Shown here piece by piece: positions 42,158 through 51,935 of a DNA stretch of 52,985 bases. The stretch's first letter is position 1. Every line of letters begins with the position of its first letter. The stretch comes from a virus (Duplodnaviria > Caudoviricetes). The notes under the pieces are model-generated. The model ran no database searches. It saw nothing but the letters and a program-made list of their open reading frames with translations, and was not told the DNA's origin. The position numbers and the translations under genes were made by a program. The stretch spans positions 1 through 52,985 of IMG/VR virus record IMGVR_UViG_3300036790_000826; one strand, written 5' to 3'.

Positions 42158-45100
42158 ACTCATCATCAGCGCCGTGGGGGCCGAAGAGGCCGGCGCGGCC
42201 GTGCAGGGCATTTCGGCCAAGGTTAAGGAGCTGGCATCCTCCCTCAGCGGCGGCGGCCTAAAGAGCACGACCGACTTCTCCGAGAAGCTGGAGGACGTGT
42301 CTGGGGTGATGCGCGACATGGTGTCGCCCGCGCTCTCGGACACGACGAAGCAGCTCCTCGGCCTGGCTGCCGCGTCGCTCTCGGTGGGCGCGGTATATAA
42401 TTCCGTTAAGGACCAGATCAGCCAGGGATCCGACTTCGTCCAGCTCTCTCGCCGGACGGGGGAGAGCGTCAGGGACCTGGTCATCCTGCGCCAGGCGTTC
42501 ACGAATGCCGGGCTCGGCGCCGAATATGTGGGAACGGCCGCGAACCTCCTGGACCGGGTCCTCAGCGGCACGACAGCGAGCGGAAGGCGCACCTCCGAGG
42601 TCTTCGAAGAGCTGCATCTGTCAATCGACAAGATGCGGACCCTCACCTTCACGCAGCAGCTGCAGGAGCTCGGGTCCGCGTTCGCCCGGCTTCCCGACCA
42701 GGCTGCGCGAAGCGGCGCAGCGATGACGCTCTTCGGCCGCTACGCCGGCGGCCAGATGCTGCAGCTCCTGGCCGACACGGATGCCTTCCGCCGGGCCGAG
42801 GCGCAGGCGGGGAGCTATGCGGACCGGATGGCTCGGGACGCGGGTGTTTTCAACGACGTCGCGCTTCGGTTCAACGCCATCAAGGTGAACATCCAGGAGA
42901 TGGCGGCGGCGGCGGCCGAGCAGCTCGTCCCGGCGCTCGATAGCGTGGCAAAGGTCGCCGGAGGAATTAACCTTGCCGGCTTGGGCAGCTTCGCCGGCGC
43001 GGCGGCTCCTGGCATCCTGGGGACCGTCGCCCTCACGATCGCTACAGACCAGGCAGACATGAAGATGGTCCAGCTGGCGGAGCGTTTCGGTCAGAACGTC
43101 GAAGGTAGCCTGCTCGGAGGTGTTATGGGCGCCGCGAGCAAGGTCACCGGGCTGCTCGCGACGGCGCTGCCCTTCGGATTAGCAGCGGTAATCGGCGCCG
43201 AGATCGTGAAGGGGATCCTGATGGCGGACTGGCAGAACACCATGGACAAGATCGACGCCGCCGGCTCGGGCGCCGACACCCTGACGAAGAAGGCCCGGGA
43301 CATCCGGACCGACGACGACCGGCAGGCCGTCCTTGCCATGGCCCAGAAGGAGCTGGCCTCGCAGGTCCAGGCGCAGGCGGACGCTACTAAGGTACCCATG
43401 TTCAGCGGACCCGGTGTGGTGCCTGGAATGGACCCACGCGCGACTGCTGGCGAAGGAAACAGCCTGCTCGCCGACAGCTACGGGGCGACGATCTCGCAGT
43501 TGAAGACGCTCATCAACGAGCTCGCCAGTCCGAAATGGGCGAAGATGACCGAGGAGCAGAACCAGGCTACCGACGCCCTTGCAAAATTCCGCACCGGAAT
43601 TGATGCGGCCGCCACCAGCTTGCCGCAGCTCAGAGAGAAAAACGATCAGCTGCAGGAAAAGGATATGTCACCCACTGACAGGGTGGCGGACCTCACTGCC
43701 CAGCGCACGCAGTTGTACTATCAAAGGGCCGCGCCGCCGCAAAAGGGCGCCAGTGCCGACGAAATCGCGACGGTCGATCAGCAGACCGACAACAAGATCC
43801 TCGACCTAACCCACCAGATCCAGGAGGCGGAAAAGCAGGTCACCGAGGAGAAGAAAAAGCAGGCGGAACTGGATGCTCACCGGCAGATATACGCTCTCCA
43901 AACAAACATGGAGAGGGCGAAGGCCGCCGGGGACCTGGAAGGCGCGCAGGCCCTCAAGGAGCAGATCGACGCGATCCGCAACAGCGTGGAGCTGCAGGGA
44001 GAGGACCTGACATTAGCGAAGCAACGGGCCGCGGCTGAGCATCAGGTATTTGAAGAGCAGCAAGCTCAGATTGCGCAGCGGAAGGCTGCTGAAGCGGCGC
44101 GTCAGGCACTGGAGGTCCAACGCACGGCCCTCGAAAATGAACTCGAAGCTATCCGTAGTCGGCTTGCTCTTTTGGACTCCGACACGAGCAAGACAGAAGC
44201 CCAAAAATGGGCCGACCGAAAGGCTGCGATCGCTGAGGAAATTAAGGATGTGGAGGCGACCATCCAAGCCGAGCAGCTCCTCGCTCAGGCGGCCGCTGCG
44301 AAGGGCGATCAAGTGGCGGCGAACCAGTACTCGGCCGAGGCCGCTAAGAACGGCGAAAAGCTCAGCGGGTTGCAGCATGAGAACGTTCAGCTGGGTCCCG
44401 ACCCGAACAACTGGGTAAAGCAGACCCAGAAATCCATGAACGACCTGCTAAAGTCGCTGGGAACGACCTCGCAGCAGATTGCCCAGTCGATCACGAGCAC
44501 GATCGGGAACGCCTTCAATTCGATCCGGGAGAACATCGTCAGGGCCATCACGGTGACTGGCGACTGGAAGCGGGCGATCAGCCAGATCGGCCTCAGCATC
44601 GAGCAGTCCCTCGTGGGCGCGTTCGTCAACATGGCGGTCCAGTGGGCGGAGAAGCTCGTCATCATGAAGGTGGAGTGGCTCGCGATGCGCCTCGGGATGG
44701 CGGCGGCGGACAAGGGTGTCGCCGCATCGAGCACGGCGGCCCTGGTGCCCCTCGCCCTGGCGACGTCGGCCATCTGGGCGGCGCCGGCGGCCCTGGCCAC
44801 GATCGCGACCTTCGGCGGCGCGGCGGCCGCGGCGCCCATGGAGATCGCGGCCTCGATGGCTGCCAGCCAGGGCCTGGCGCTCGCCTCCTCGGGCGGTTTC
44901 TTTCCCGGAGATCCCACGAAGGCCCGCGGCATCTTCCACGGCGACGAGTTTGTCCTTTCGGCGCCGGCGGTCCGCAACCTGGGCGGCGGGGCGGCCGTGA
45001 CGGCCCTCCACCAGGCGGCGCTGCAGGGCCCGGCCCAGGCCGCCGCGGCTAAGGCCATGACGGGGGGCGGCCGCACGCCGAACATTCACACGTATATCGA

Positions 45101-45188
45101 CAAGGCTGTCTTCATGCGCGCCATCGCGCCGGACGTTGAGGCGATCGCGCACACCGTCTCCATGAAGAACATTCGGCAAAACGCCTGA
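42141..45188 (+). CDS. Tail tape measure protein (1015 aa)
   Basis: Long helical Ala-rich protein with LSRRTG.S...L..L.QAF motif; between the chaperone and tail-tip genes. Confidence 0.9.
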   Translation: MPSLVELIISAVGAEEAGAAVQGISAKVKELASSLSGGGLKSTTDFSEKLEDVSGVMRDMVSPALSDTTKQLLGLAAASLSVGAVYNSVKDQISQGSDFVQLSRRTGESVRDLVILRQAFTNAGLGAEYVGTAANLLDRVLSGTTASGRRTSEVFEELHLSIDKMRTLTFTQQLQELGSAFARLPDQAARSGAAMTLFGRYAGGQMLQLLADTDAFRRAEAQAGSYADRMARDAGVFNDVALRFNAIKVNIQEMAAAAAEQLVPALDSVAKVAGGINLAGLGSFAGAAAPGILGTVALTIATDQADMKMVQLAERFGQNVEGSLLGGVMGAASKVTGLLATALPFGLAAVIGAEIVKGILMADWQNTMDKIDAAGSGADTLTKKARDIRTDDDRQAVLAMAQKELASQVQAQADATKVPMFSGPGVVPGMDPRATAGEGNSLLADSYGATISQLKTLINELASPKWAKMTEEQNQATDALAKFRTGIDAAATSLPQLREKNDQLQEKDMSPTDRVADLTAQRTQLYYQRAAPPQKGASADEIATVDQQTDNKILDLTHQIQEAEKQVTEEKKKQAELDAHRQIYALQTNMERAKAAGDLEGAQALKEQIDAIRNSVELQGEDLTLAKQRAAAEHQVFEEQQAQIAQRKAAEAARQALEVQRTALENELEAIRSRLALLDSDTSKTEAQKWADRKAAIAEEIKDVEATIQAEQLLAQAAAAKGDQVAANQYSAEAAKNGEKLSGLQHENVQLGPDPNNWVKQTQKSMNDLLKSLGTTSQQIAQSITSTIGNAFNSIRENIVRAITVTGDWKRAISQIGLSIEQSLVGAFVNMAVQWAEKLVIMKVEWLAMRLGMAAADKGVAASSTAALVPLALATSAIWAAPAALATIATFGGAAAAAPMEIAASMAASQGLALASSGGFFPGDPTKARGIFHGDEFVLSAPAVRNLGGGAAVTALHQAALQGPAQAAAAKAMTGGGRTPNIHTYIDKAVFMRAIAPDVEAIAHTVSMKNIRQNA

Positions 45189-45191
45189 GCC

Positions 45192-47282
45192 ATGATCCCA
45201 GTCGTCGCACTCGGCCAGGACGCCTGGCTCGTGCCCTACAGCCCGAACACCGACGACGCCTGCACGGTGAAGGCGCGGGTCGCCATCCAGGCATCGAGGA
45301 GCCTCACGGCGCGCCAGTCGCGCAGGCCGACGGCGCGGCTCCTGCGCTACCGGATCAGCTGGACGAGCAAGATGCGCCGGGGTGACTACGCCGCGGCCCG
45401 CATCGCGGCCCTCAATTCCCAGGACGAGCCGATCCTGACCCCCTTCTGGCCCGCTGCCAGGCCGGTGGCCGCGGCGGCCGCCATGACGGGCGGCGTCGTG
45501 ATCGCGTGGACGCGGGGCTGGACCGGCTGGGCCATCAGCCCCGTCAGCCTAGTGGGTTTCGACTACTATGCTCCGCTTCTCTGGGGGCGCTTCTCCCAGC
45601 CGCCGAGGATCACCGCGCAGACCAACGAATACGTGACGGCGGAATTCTCGGTGGACGAGGACTCGGGCAGCGCGGCCGCCATCACGCCGCCGGCCGGCGC
45701 CGACACGACCTTTGCGACGCCGGACGGCTACGCGGCCGCCATCTACCCCTACAAGTTCGACCCGGCGGACAACATCAAGCTGGCGCTGCCTGGCTACGAC
45801 GTCAGCCGCACCCAGCTGGGGGCGGGGCGCCAGGAGTCGACGACCTTCTATCCGCAGATCCCTGAAGACACCCTTCAGGTGGCCTACAAGTTCCGCTGCA
45901 GCGCCGATGCAATCGAGCTCCTAAGCTGGTGGCAGCGGCGAGCCGGGGGAGCGGACGCCTTCTGGATACCGTCGACGCAGAGCATCGGGCGCCTGAGCGC
46001 AGACATCGCGGCCGGGATCACGGTCCTCCCGTCGACGTGCGCCATCAATACGCGGGTGGGAGACACCCTCGCGCTCTGCACGACGGGGCAGGCCATGGAG
46101 CTGGGGCGGGTAAATTCGATAGCCGGCGGGACGGTGAAGCTCGCCGCGGCGACCACGGCCGCGCACCCGGCCGCGTGGACGAGCATCTGCCCGGCGGTCC
46201 TCGTTCGCCACACGGACGACGAACTGCAGGTGGACTTCCGGCGCACCTCCGAGGGCGACTGGACGGCGAGCGGCAAAGTCTCATTCCGGGAGGTCGGCGC
46301 CGAGTACACCGTCCCGACGGACGGCGAGACACGCGGCGTCACGATGGGGCGCCAGCCGACCCTCGCCTGGTTCGCACGGGTCGACCTCAATTACCCCGGC
46401 TCAGTCCAGAGCTGGTTTCTGACCGACTGGGAAGGGGGCGCAACGACCCCTGACGCCCAGGTCTGGGAGTACTCGGATTTCGATTTCGGGCAGATCGGCC
46501 AGAACATCAACGGCGACGATGACGCGGCCACGTTCAAGGTGCGCTGGTGGGACGGTTGTCCCTGGGTTAATTGGCTCCCTGGGCAGCTTTCGGCGACGGG
46601 CACGCTCACGGTCCTCAAGGCGACGGTCGCTGCCGACGGCACGGTGGGCGAGCCGGAGCAGGTCTGGTCCGGCCAGCTCTCCACGCCCTCTCCCGAGGGC
46701 GCCATGCTTTCCGTGAAGGTGCTCGGGGCAAACGCGCTGTTTGATCAGAACGCTCCCCAGCAGCTGCAGATCCCGCAATGCTACAAGAAACTCTACGGGG
46801 TGCGCTGCGCGCTCACTCTAGCCAACTGGCAGTTTAGCGCGAAGGTCGGCTCTATCGCCGGCCTAAGCGTCGTCATCAACACGATCGCTGCCTTAGGCTC
46901 ATGCGCACCTGCTGTCATGGTGGGCGGCCTTCCCGCGGGCTTCGGCTTCCAGGACTGGTTCACCCTCGGCTACGTCGAATGGACGAGCGGCGGGAACACG
47001 CTCAGTTCCGAGATCATCGCGTCATCGGCGCTCGCAGGAGGCGCCATCACTCTGACGCTCCAGCGCCCGGTCACCTTTGTGGCGGGTGCCACCATCACCG
47101 TGGTCCCTGGATGCGACCGCACGCGCAGCACCTGTGACGGGTACGACGCTGCGACGAACCCGACAGGAAAATTCAACAACAACCGCGGGAGCACGCTCAA
47201 GTTCGGGGGCTTCGCCGACATGCCGGCGATCAGCCCCAGCTTCATCATCCCGCAGACGACGACAACCCCCGCCAAGAAATGA
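45192..47282 (+). CDS. Tail tip/hub protein with C-terminal BR0599/DUF2163-like domain
   Basis: C...LYG.RC, WFTLG.VEW, VVPGCDRT.STC...KFNN...FGGF..MP Cys motif; long N-terminal region. Confidence 0.75.
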   Translation: MIPVVALGQDAWLVPYSPNTDDACTVKARVAIQASRSLTARQSRRPTARLLRYRISWTSKMRRGDYAAARIAALNSQDEPILTPFWPAARPVAAAAAMTGGVVIAWTRGWTGWAISPVSLVGFDYYAPLLWGRFSQPPRITAQTNEYVTAEFSVDEDSGSAAAITPPAGADTTFATPDGYAAAIYPYKFDPADNIKLALPGYDVSRTQLGAGRQESTTFYPQIPEDTLQVAYKFRCSADAIELLSWWQRRAGGADAFWIPSTQSIGRLSADIAAGITVLPSTCAINTRVGDTLALCTTGQAMELGRVNSIAGGTVKLAAATTAAHPAAWTSICPAVLVRHTDDELQVDFRRTSEGDWTASGKVSFREVGAEYTVPTDGETRGVTMGRQPTLAWFARVDLNYPGSVQSWFLTDWEGGATTPDAQVWEYSDFDFGQIGQNINGDDDAATFKVRWWDGCPWVNWLPGQLSATGTLTVLKATVAADGTVGEPEQVWSGQLSTPSPEGAMLSVKVLGANALFDQNAPQQLQIPQCYKKLYGVRCALTLANWQFSAKVGSIAGLSVVINTIAALGSCAPAVMVGGLPAGFGFQDWFTLGYVEWTSGGNTLSSEIIASSALAGGAITLTLQRPVTFVAGATITVVPGCDRTRSTCDGYDAATNPTGKFNNNRGSTLKFGGFADMPAISPSFIIPQTTTTPAKK

Positions 47283-47722
47283 TCACTGCAGCCCAGCTCG
47301 ACGCCCTTGACGCCGCCGCCGCCTCGTGGAGGGGGACGCCCTTCTGCGAGGGATCGCCCGTCAGGGGCGCCGGCATCTCCTGCAGCCATCTCGTGGCCGA
47401 GGTTCTCTTCGAGGCCGGCCTCACCCCCCGGATCCCGGTCCCGGACGGCCCGTCGTCTTCTTCGGCGATCCTTTCATCGGAAAGCCTGATCGCGAAATTC
47501 ATCGATGGCACGGGTCTCTTTGTCCGCATGGACGGCTTCCCCCAGGGCGGCGACGTGCTGGGCTTCAGGGTCGGCAATGCCGTCCACCACGCGGCCGTCA
47601 TGCTGCGCGGCGGCCGCCTCGTCCACAGCATCCGCAACCATGGGGTCTGCGTGGCACCGCTCATCCCGGCCGAGTGGGCGCGCCGCATCGAAATCGTCTG
47701 GCGCCTCAAAAGCGTACTATGA
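47279..47722 (+). CDS. NlpC/P60 tail-associated peptidase
   Basis: SWRGTPF...GAGISCSHLV...GDVLGF...HHAAV...VHS. Confidence 0.85.
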   Translation: MITAAQLDALDAAAASWRGTPFCEGSPVRGAGISCSHLVAEVLFEAGLTPRIPVPDGPSSSSAILSSESLIAKFIDGTGLFVRMDGFPQGGDVLGFRVGNAVHHAAVMLRGGRLVHSIRNHGVCVAPLIPAEWARRIEIVWRLKSVL

Positions 47723-47904
47723 GCGAGCCCAACAATACGCAGCCGGTCAGCCTTCTGCCCTTCCAGCAGGAGAACGTCGCCTCGAACCAGCAAAACGTCC
47801 CGATCCCGTACCTCGGGGGAGAGCGCCTCATGGCCCTTAAGTGGATCCAGCCGGCCCTCGGTGAAATGACCCAGCAGGCCACGGGCTCTGGGAAAAAAGG
47901 CTAA
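47719..47904 (+). CDS. Small tail-tip assembly protein (61 aa)
   Basis: ASNQQNVPIPYLGGE motif; coupled on both sides; ends GSGKKG. Confidence 0.6.
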   Translation: MSEPNNTQPVSLLPFQQENVASNQQNVPIPYLGGERLMALKWIQPALGEMTQQATGSGKKG

Positions 47905-50900
47905 TGGGCAGCAGCAGCAAAAGCGGGTCCGCCCAGCAGAGCCTCAACTACTACGGCACGATCGCGGGCGCCTTCTGCTGGGGGCCGTTGCAGTGGCTGA
48001 CGGCCGTCGTCTGCAACGGGAACTACGTCTGGCAGTGCTCGCCGTCCGGTCCCCTCGATTTGACGGCTTCAGGGGCTCTGGAGGCCGGCGGCTACGTGGA
48101 CCTGACGGGCGGCATCCTGGATCCCACGCTTATCGCCTCGGGCGGCTTTCTGCATCTCTACGCCGGCTTCCCCAACCAGGGCGCGAGTGCGGCCCTGACC
48201 GGCGATGCCTACCAGGACACCGTTGTCCTGGTCGGCAAGGACATCTTCTTCGGGGAGGATTCGGGCACCGCGCCCAACTTCCAGATCATCGGCGGCCGCT
48301 GCCCGCAGGTGGACACCTCGATCGTCGCGGCCCTGGACAACATCGTCGTCGACCGACAGGTCAATCCGATCGCCTGCCTGGCTGAATTCTTCCTCGATGA
48401 GCGAGGCAAGGGAATGCTGCTCTCCCAGCTGGACCCCGCGAGCTGGCAGGCCTCCGCCCACTGGTGCGCCCAGGACGCCGCTCACCAGGCATTCACATTC
48501 ATCTCGCCCCTCATCACGGAGCAGAGCGCCTTGCGCGACGTCCGCAAGGCCCTCCTGGATCCCATCTCGGGCTACACGCGCTGGCTGCCGAACGGCACGC
48601 TGGGGTGTTTCATTTACGAGTGGGGCACCAATCCCGGCGGCCTCGTGACGGTTGACGCCAGGCACTTCACAAAGGAGCTGAAGGGTGACCTGGCTGACTG
48701 GGTGTCCGTCCCGACAGGCATCGTGGCCTCGTTCACGGACCGGGCCTACGAGTTCCAGACAAACACGGTGCTGGTCCCCAACGAACGGGCGACCCAGATC
48801 CGCGGCGTCGCGGATCCCAGCCAGATCGACCGCCAGCACGTCACAAAGCAGCCCCAGGCGCAGGCTCAGGCCATGGAATACATGAGGCGCCTGTCGATGG
48901 GCCCGGGGACCGCCACGGGTGTTATTCGGGGCTCGCTGATCCCTGGCGTCGTGCCGGGCTCAAAGATCCTCATCAACGTCGACCCGCAGACAGGGGGCGG
49001 CGGCCTGGCGCAGCTGGCCCGGATCGACGGCATGAAGATCGATCGCTCCGACGACGTGGAGCTGGACATCACCTACGACCCGCTGCTCCCCGCGGTAGCC
49101 TATACGCCCGACTGGCCCTCCCCGCTGCCGGAGACGACCTTCCATGCCTCGTCGGCGCCCACGCTGGTCTACCGGCTCGCGATTCCGCTGCCGCCTGGAG
49201 CATTCGACTGGCCCCCGGCGGTGGGCTTCCTGGCGACGAGGCCCTCGATGACGGTGACGGGTTTCAGCGTCTATTTCTCCCAGACGTCGGGAGGCGCCTT
49301 TGCCGAGCTGGGCTCGCAGCTCGGTTTCGCTGTCCGGGCCTCACTGATCACGGCCGTGGGGACCGGCGACGCGACGATGGAGCTGCAGATGCTGGACGGC
49401 GCGAACGGTCCGGACGCCTATCTCGCCGCCAACACCCCCGGCGGCAACACGACGGCCGCCGAAAACAACACCCTCCTGGCGATCCTGGTACAGCTCGACG
49501 GCTCGGGCAGGGTCGCCCTGGACGGAAGCGGCAACCCGATCATGGAGATGGCCTCCATCGTCCAGCGGTCCGCCGTCACGGCCGACACCCACAACTACAC
49601 GGTCCTGCGCGGCCGCTGTGGCCTAGCTGCGCGGGCCTGGGGAGCAGCGACCGCTGCCTGGATAGTCCCGATCGCGAATCTGACGCCCTGGAGGCATTTG
49701 CTCTTCGCAGCCCTGGAAGGGGCGCCTGCGTATTTCAGGCTGCAGGCATTCACTTCCGCCGCCGTCGACGAGACGATCCCGTTGCCCGAGGCCGACGTCG
49801 TGTTCCCGACCCTTGCGCCGCCCACGGCGCTCACAGCCATCACCCCGGGGGGACAGCTGGTAACGCTTGCCTGGGCAGACAGCGTCAACCTGGACGACGG
49901 CCTTGACGAGTATGTCGTCTACCGGGCAACGGCAGGCGCCGGCGGCCCCTTTACCGAGATCGGCCGCACCAGGTCGACGGCCTTCCACGATACCGGGCAG
50001 ACAGGTGGCCTCGTGATAGGCACGCAGTACTGGTACGCCGTCACTGCCCTGGACCTTTCGGACGACGAAAGCGTCCAGTCGAACATCGTCACGGCCACGC
50101 CGACCGGGGTCGCAGCCAACCAGACCCCTCCGCAGAACGCCGGAGCAGCATCGGAGGCGGACGGGGGACATACCATCGTCGCCAGCGACGGGAGCGTCTC
50201 GGCGTCGCTGGACATCCTGGTCCCGGCTCTCCCGGGCGCCGGCGCCGGAACACTGGCCGCCGCCTGGCAAAACCTCCTTTTCAGACGCAACGGGGTTTCG
50301 AGCCAATGGCAGATCGGATCCGGGAATCTTAACAATACCGGCACCGTGACGGTTTCCTTGGACCTCCTGTCCCCCGGCGTGGCCTATGACGTCGCACTGC
50401 AGGCATTCACGAGCTTCGGCATCCCCTCGGCGATAGTAGTCGCGACCAGCTCACCTTTCACAGCGCCCAGCAAGGGCACCTCGGCGCCAGCGCCGGGCGC
50501 CATTAGTTCGCGGGTGCCGACGACGGGCGACGCTGTTCCGCCGGCATTTGAGGGTAGTCAGCTGGTTCCAGCCACGATCATCACGTTTGCCGGCGTCACC
50601 TCGGACAGGAGCCTCATCGGCTACGAATACTACCTGGGTGAGCTGTCTGGGCCGCCAACCACCGGACAGGCCATCAACCCGGTCAATGTCGTTCCAGCCA
50701 CCCCGGACGGAGGCACGGTCGAGATCCCCGTTTATGGGCAGCCTTCGCTTCTCAGCTTGGCTGGATGGGTGCGTACAATCGACAGCACTGGCAACACGAG
50801 CACCTGGACGGGTACGGGCGGCGCCATGGCCTGGACGTTCGGCTACGCGGGCAACATGGGCGCCCAGGATTCAGACGGGGTCGAGGTCAGCGCAGTCCAA

Positions 50901-51209
50901 ACGGGTGCGGCAGGGGCCAGCTCCGTGCGTCAGATCCTCGCCAGTTGCCCCGTCGACATGGTCTACGTCACGACTGGAGGTCATCCGACCGAGACGTTCA
51001 ACGTCGACATCAGCAACCGGGGATTCACCACCGCGCCGGACAACTGCCAGATCACCCCCACGTCGCCGACCCTCGGGAACTCCTGGTATTACGACAAGAG
51101 CTCCTCCACCTCGACGACCGCTGTGATCGTCATGCAAGGCTTCAACGGCGCCAACATCGGCGTCGCCCAGGACTACGGCATCAGCTTCCTCTTCACCGAA
51201 TACGACTAA
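47904..51209 (+). CDS. Central tail tip/host-specificity protein with an FN3-like domain
   Basis: YYGTIA...C.GP, VNPIACL and VLRGRCG patterns; VTLAW...YVVYRA...YWYAVTALD..DES FN3 signature. Confidence 0.8.
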   Translation: MGSSSKSGSAQQSLNYYGTIAGAFCWGPLQWLTAVVCNGNYVWQCSPSGPLDLTASGALEAGGYVDLTGGILDPTLIASGGFLHLYAGFPNQGASAALTGDAYQDTVVLVGKDIFFGEDSGTAPNFQIIGGRCPQVDTSIVAALDNIVVDRQVNPIACLAEFFLDERGKGMLLSQLDPASWQASAHWCAQDAAHQAFTFISPLITEQSALRDVRKALLDPISGYTRWLPNGTLGCFIYEWGTNPGGLVTVDARHFTKELKGDLADWVSVPTGIVASFTDRAYEFQTNTVLVPNERATQIRGVADPSQIDRQHVTKQPQAQAQAMEYMRRLSMGPGTATGVIRGSLIPGVVPGSKILINVDPQTGGGGLAQLARIDGMKIDRSDDVELDITYDPLLPAVAYTPDWPSPLPETTFHASSAPTLVYRLAIPLPPGAFDWPPAVGFLATRPSMTVTGFSVYFSQTSGGAFAELGSQLGFAVRASLITAVGTGDATMELQMLDGANGPDAYLAANTPGGNTTAAENNTLLAILVQLDGSGRVALDGSGNPIMEMASIVQRSAVTADTHNYTVLRGRCGLAARAWGAATAAWIVPIANLTPWRHLLFAALEGAPAYFRLQAFTSAAVDETIPLPEADVVFPTLAPPTALTAITPGGQLVTLAWADSVNLDDGLDEYVVYRATAGAGGPFTEIGRTRSTAFHDTGQTGGLVIGTQYWYAVTALDLSDDESVQSNIVTATPTGVAANQTPPQNAGAASEADGGHTIVASDGSVSASLDILVPALPGAGAGTLAAAWQNLLFRRNGVSSQWQIGSGNLNNTGTVTVSLDLLSPGVAYDVALQAFTSFGIPSAIVVATSSPFTAPSKGTSAPAPGAISSRVPTTGDAVPPAFEGSQLVPATIITFAGVTSDRSLIGYEYYLGELSGPPTTGQAINPVNVVPATPDGGTVEIPVYGQPSLLSLAGWVRTIDSTGNTSTWTGTGGAMAWTFGYAGNMGAQDSDGVEVSAVQTGAAGASSVRQILASCPVDMVYVTTGGHPTETFNVDISNRGFTTAPDNCQITPTSPTLGNSWYYDKSSSTSTTAVIVMQGFNGANIGVAQDYGISFLFTEYD

Positions 51210-51214
51210 CCGCC

Positions 51215-51565
51215 ATGGCCCTCCAAAAGACTATCGACCTGCCCAACGGCACCTCAGGCAACTATATCAAGATCGTGGCCTATCGTTGGGACACGCTCAC
51301 CGAAACCGCCTCCGCGCTGTTTGCGCTCTACCTTAGCCAGGCGCAGCGTACCGCTGCTCCCAAGAGCACCCTTATGCCAGTGGTCGCCAAACTCCGGCTG
51401 CACGGGGCTAAGTTCAACCAATACCTCGCGAATTCGGTTCTCGACCCGCCCAATGTGACCGTCCTCGGTCAGCTCTATGCCGCTGCCAAGGTCGAGCCGC
51501 TGAAGTCGGACTTTCAGCCCACATCCGGCTCTGCGACGGTCTTGTCCGATGCCACAAACGTCTGA
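51215..51565 (+). CDS. Tail-fibre-associated small protein (start MALQKT)
   Basis: MALQKTI...G....YIKI...QLYAAAK pattern typical after fibre genes. Confidence 0.65.
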   Translation: MALQKTIDLPNGTSGNYIKIVAYRWDTLTETASALFALYLSQAQRTAAPKSTLMPVVAKLRLHGAKFNQYLANSVLDPPNVTVLGQLYAAAKVEPLKSDFQPTSGSATVLSDATNV

Positions 51566-51576
51566 GGTCGACCTTC

Positions 51577-51786
51577 GTGACCCGTCCGCAGCAACCCCCG
51601 CATTTCAGCTGTTACGGCGGAAGCCTCCAAGGTCGGCCGCTGTTGCTCATCGATGAGCGGGCCTACGAGGACACCATTGTCGAGCTTTGGAGGCTGAAAA
51701 TGGCCGTTTCTGAGGCCCTGCAACCGGCTCTTCCACCCCCTGCAAGGCGCCTGTCTCGGCTCCTCGTTTCAGCGCCTGATTCTTAA
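51577..51786 (+). CDS. Hypothetical protein (69 aa) at the right end
   Basis: GTG start; stop falls inside end site R2. Confidence 0.3.
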   Translation: MTRPQQPPHFSCYGGSLQGRPLLLIDERAYEDTIVELWRLKMAVSEALQPALPPPARRLSRLLVSAPDS

Positions 51787-51825
51787 AGGTGTGGGAATTA
51801 TTCCTAAAGCGAACGGGAATTTACA
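51779..51825 (-). repeat. Right-end transposase-binding sites R2 (51779-51798) and R1 (51800-51825)
   Basis: Reverse complement reads TGTAAATTCCCGTTCGCTTTAGGAAT-A-ATTCCCACACCTTTAAGAAT; TTTAAGAATCAG is shared exactly with L1. Confidence 0.8.
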
Positions 51826-51830
51826 TTGAT
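51825..51830. repeat. Right copy of the junction duplication (ATTGAT/TTGA)
   Basis: Matches 12389-12394. Confidence 0.75.
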
Positions 51831-51851
51831 AACCATATTTTTGTAATATGA

Positions 51852-51925
51852 TGGACGCCGAGGGATTCGAACCCCCGACCCCCTCGGTGTAAACGAGGTG
51901 CTCTAACCAACTGAGCTAGGCGTCC
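51852..51925 (-). tRNA. trnV: tRNA-Val(TAC)
   Basis: GGACGCC acceptor stem, TAGCTCAGTTGGTTAGAGC D arm, CCTCG-TTTACAC-CGAGG anticodon arm and GGTTCGAATCC T arm; followed by TCA rather than CCA. Confidence 0.96.
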
Positions 51926-51935
51926 GAAATCTGGC

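Noticed and set aside
47904-51786. Mu-type invertible G segment, gin or mom
   Set aside because: No invertase or acetyltransferase motifs and no flanking inverted repeats seen.
51826-51925. Mu-like prophage integrating by tRNA att recombination
   Set aside because: No integrase in the prophage and no tRNA fragment at its left end; the ends are transposon-type.
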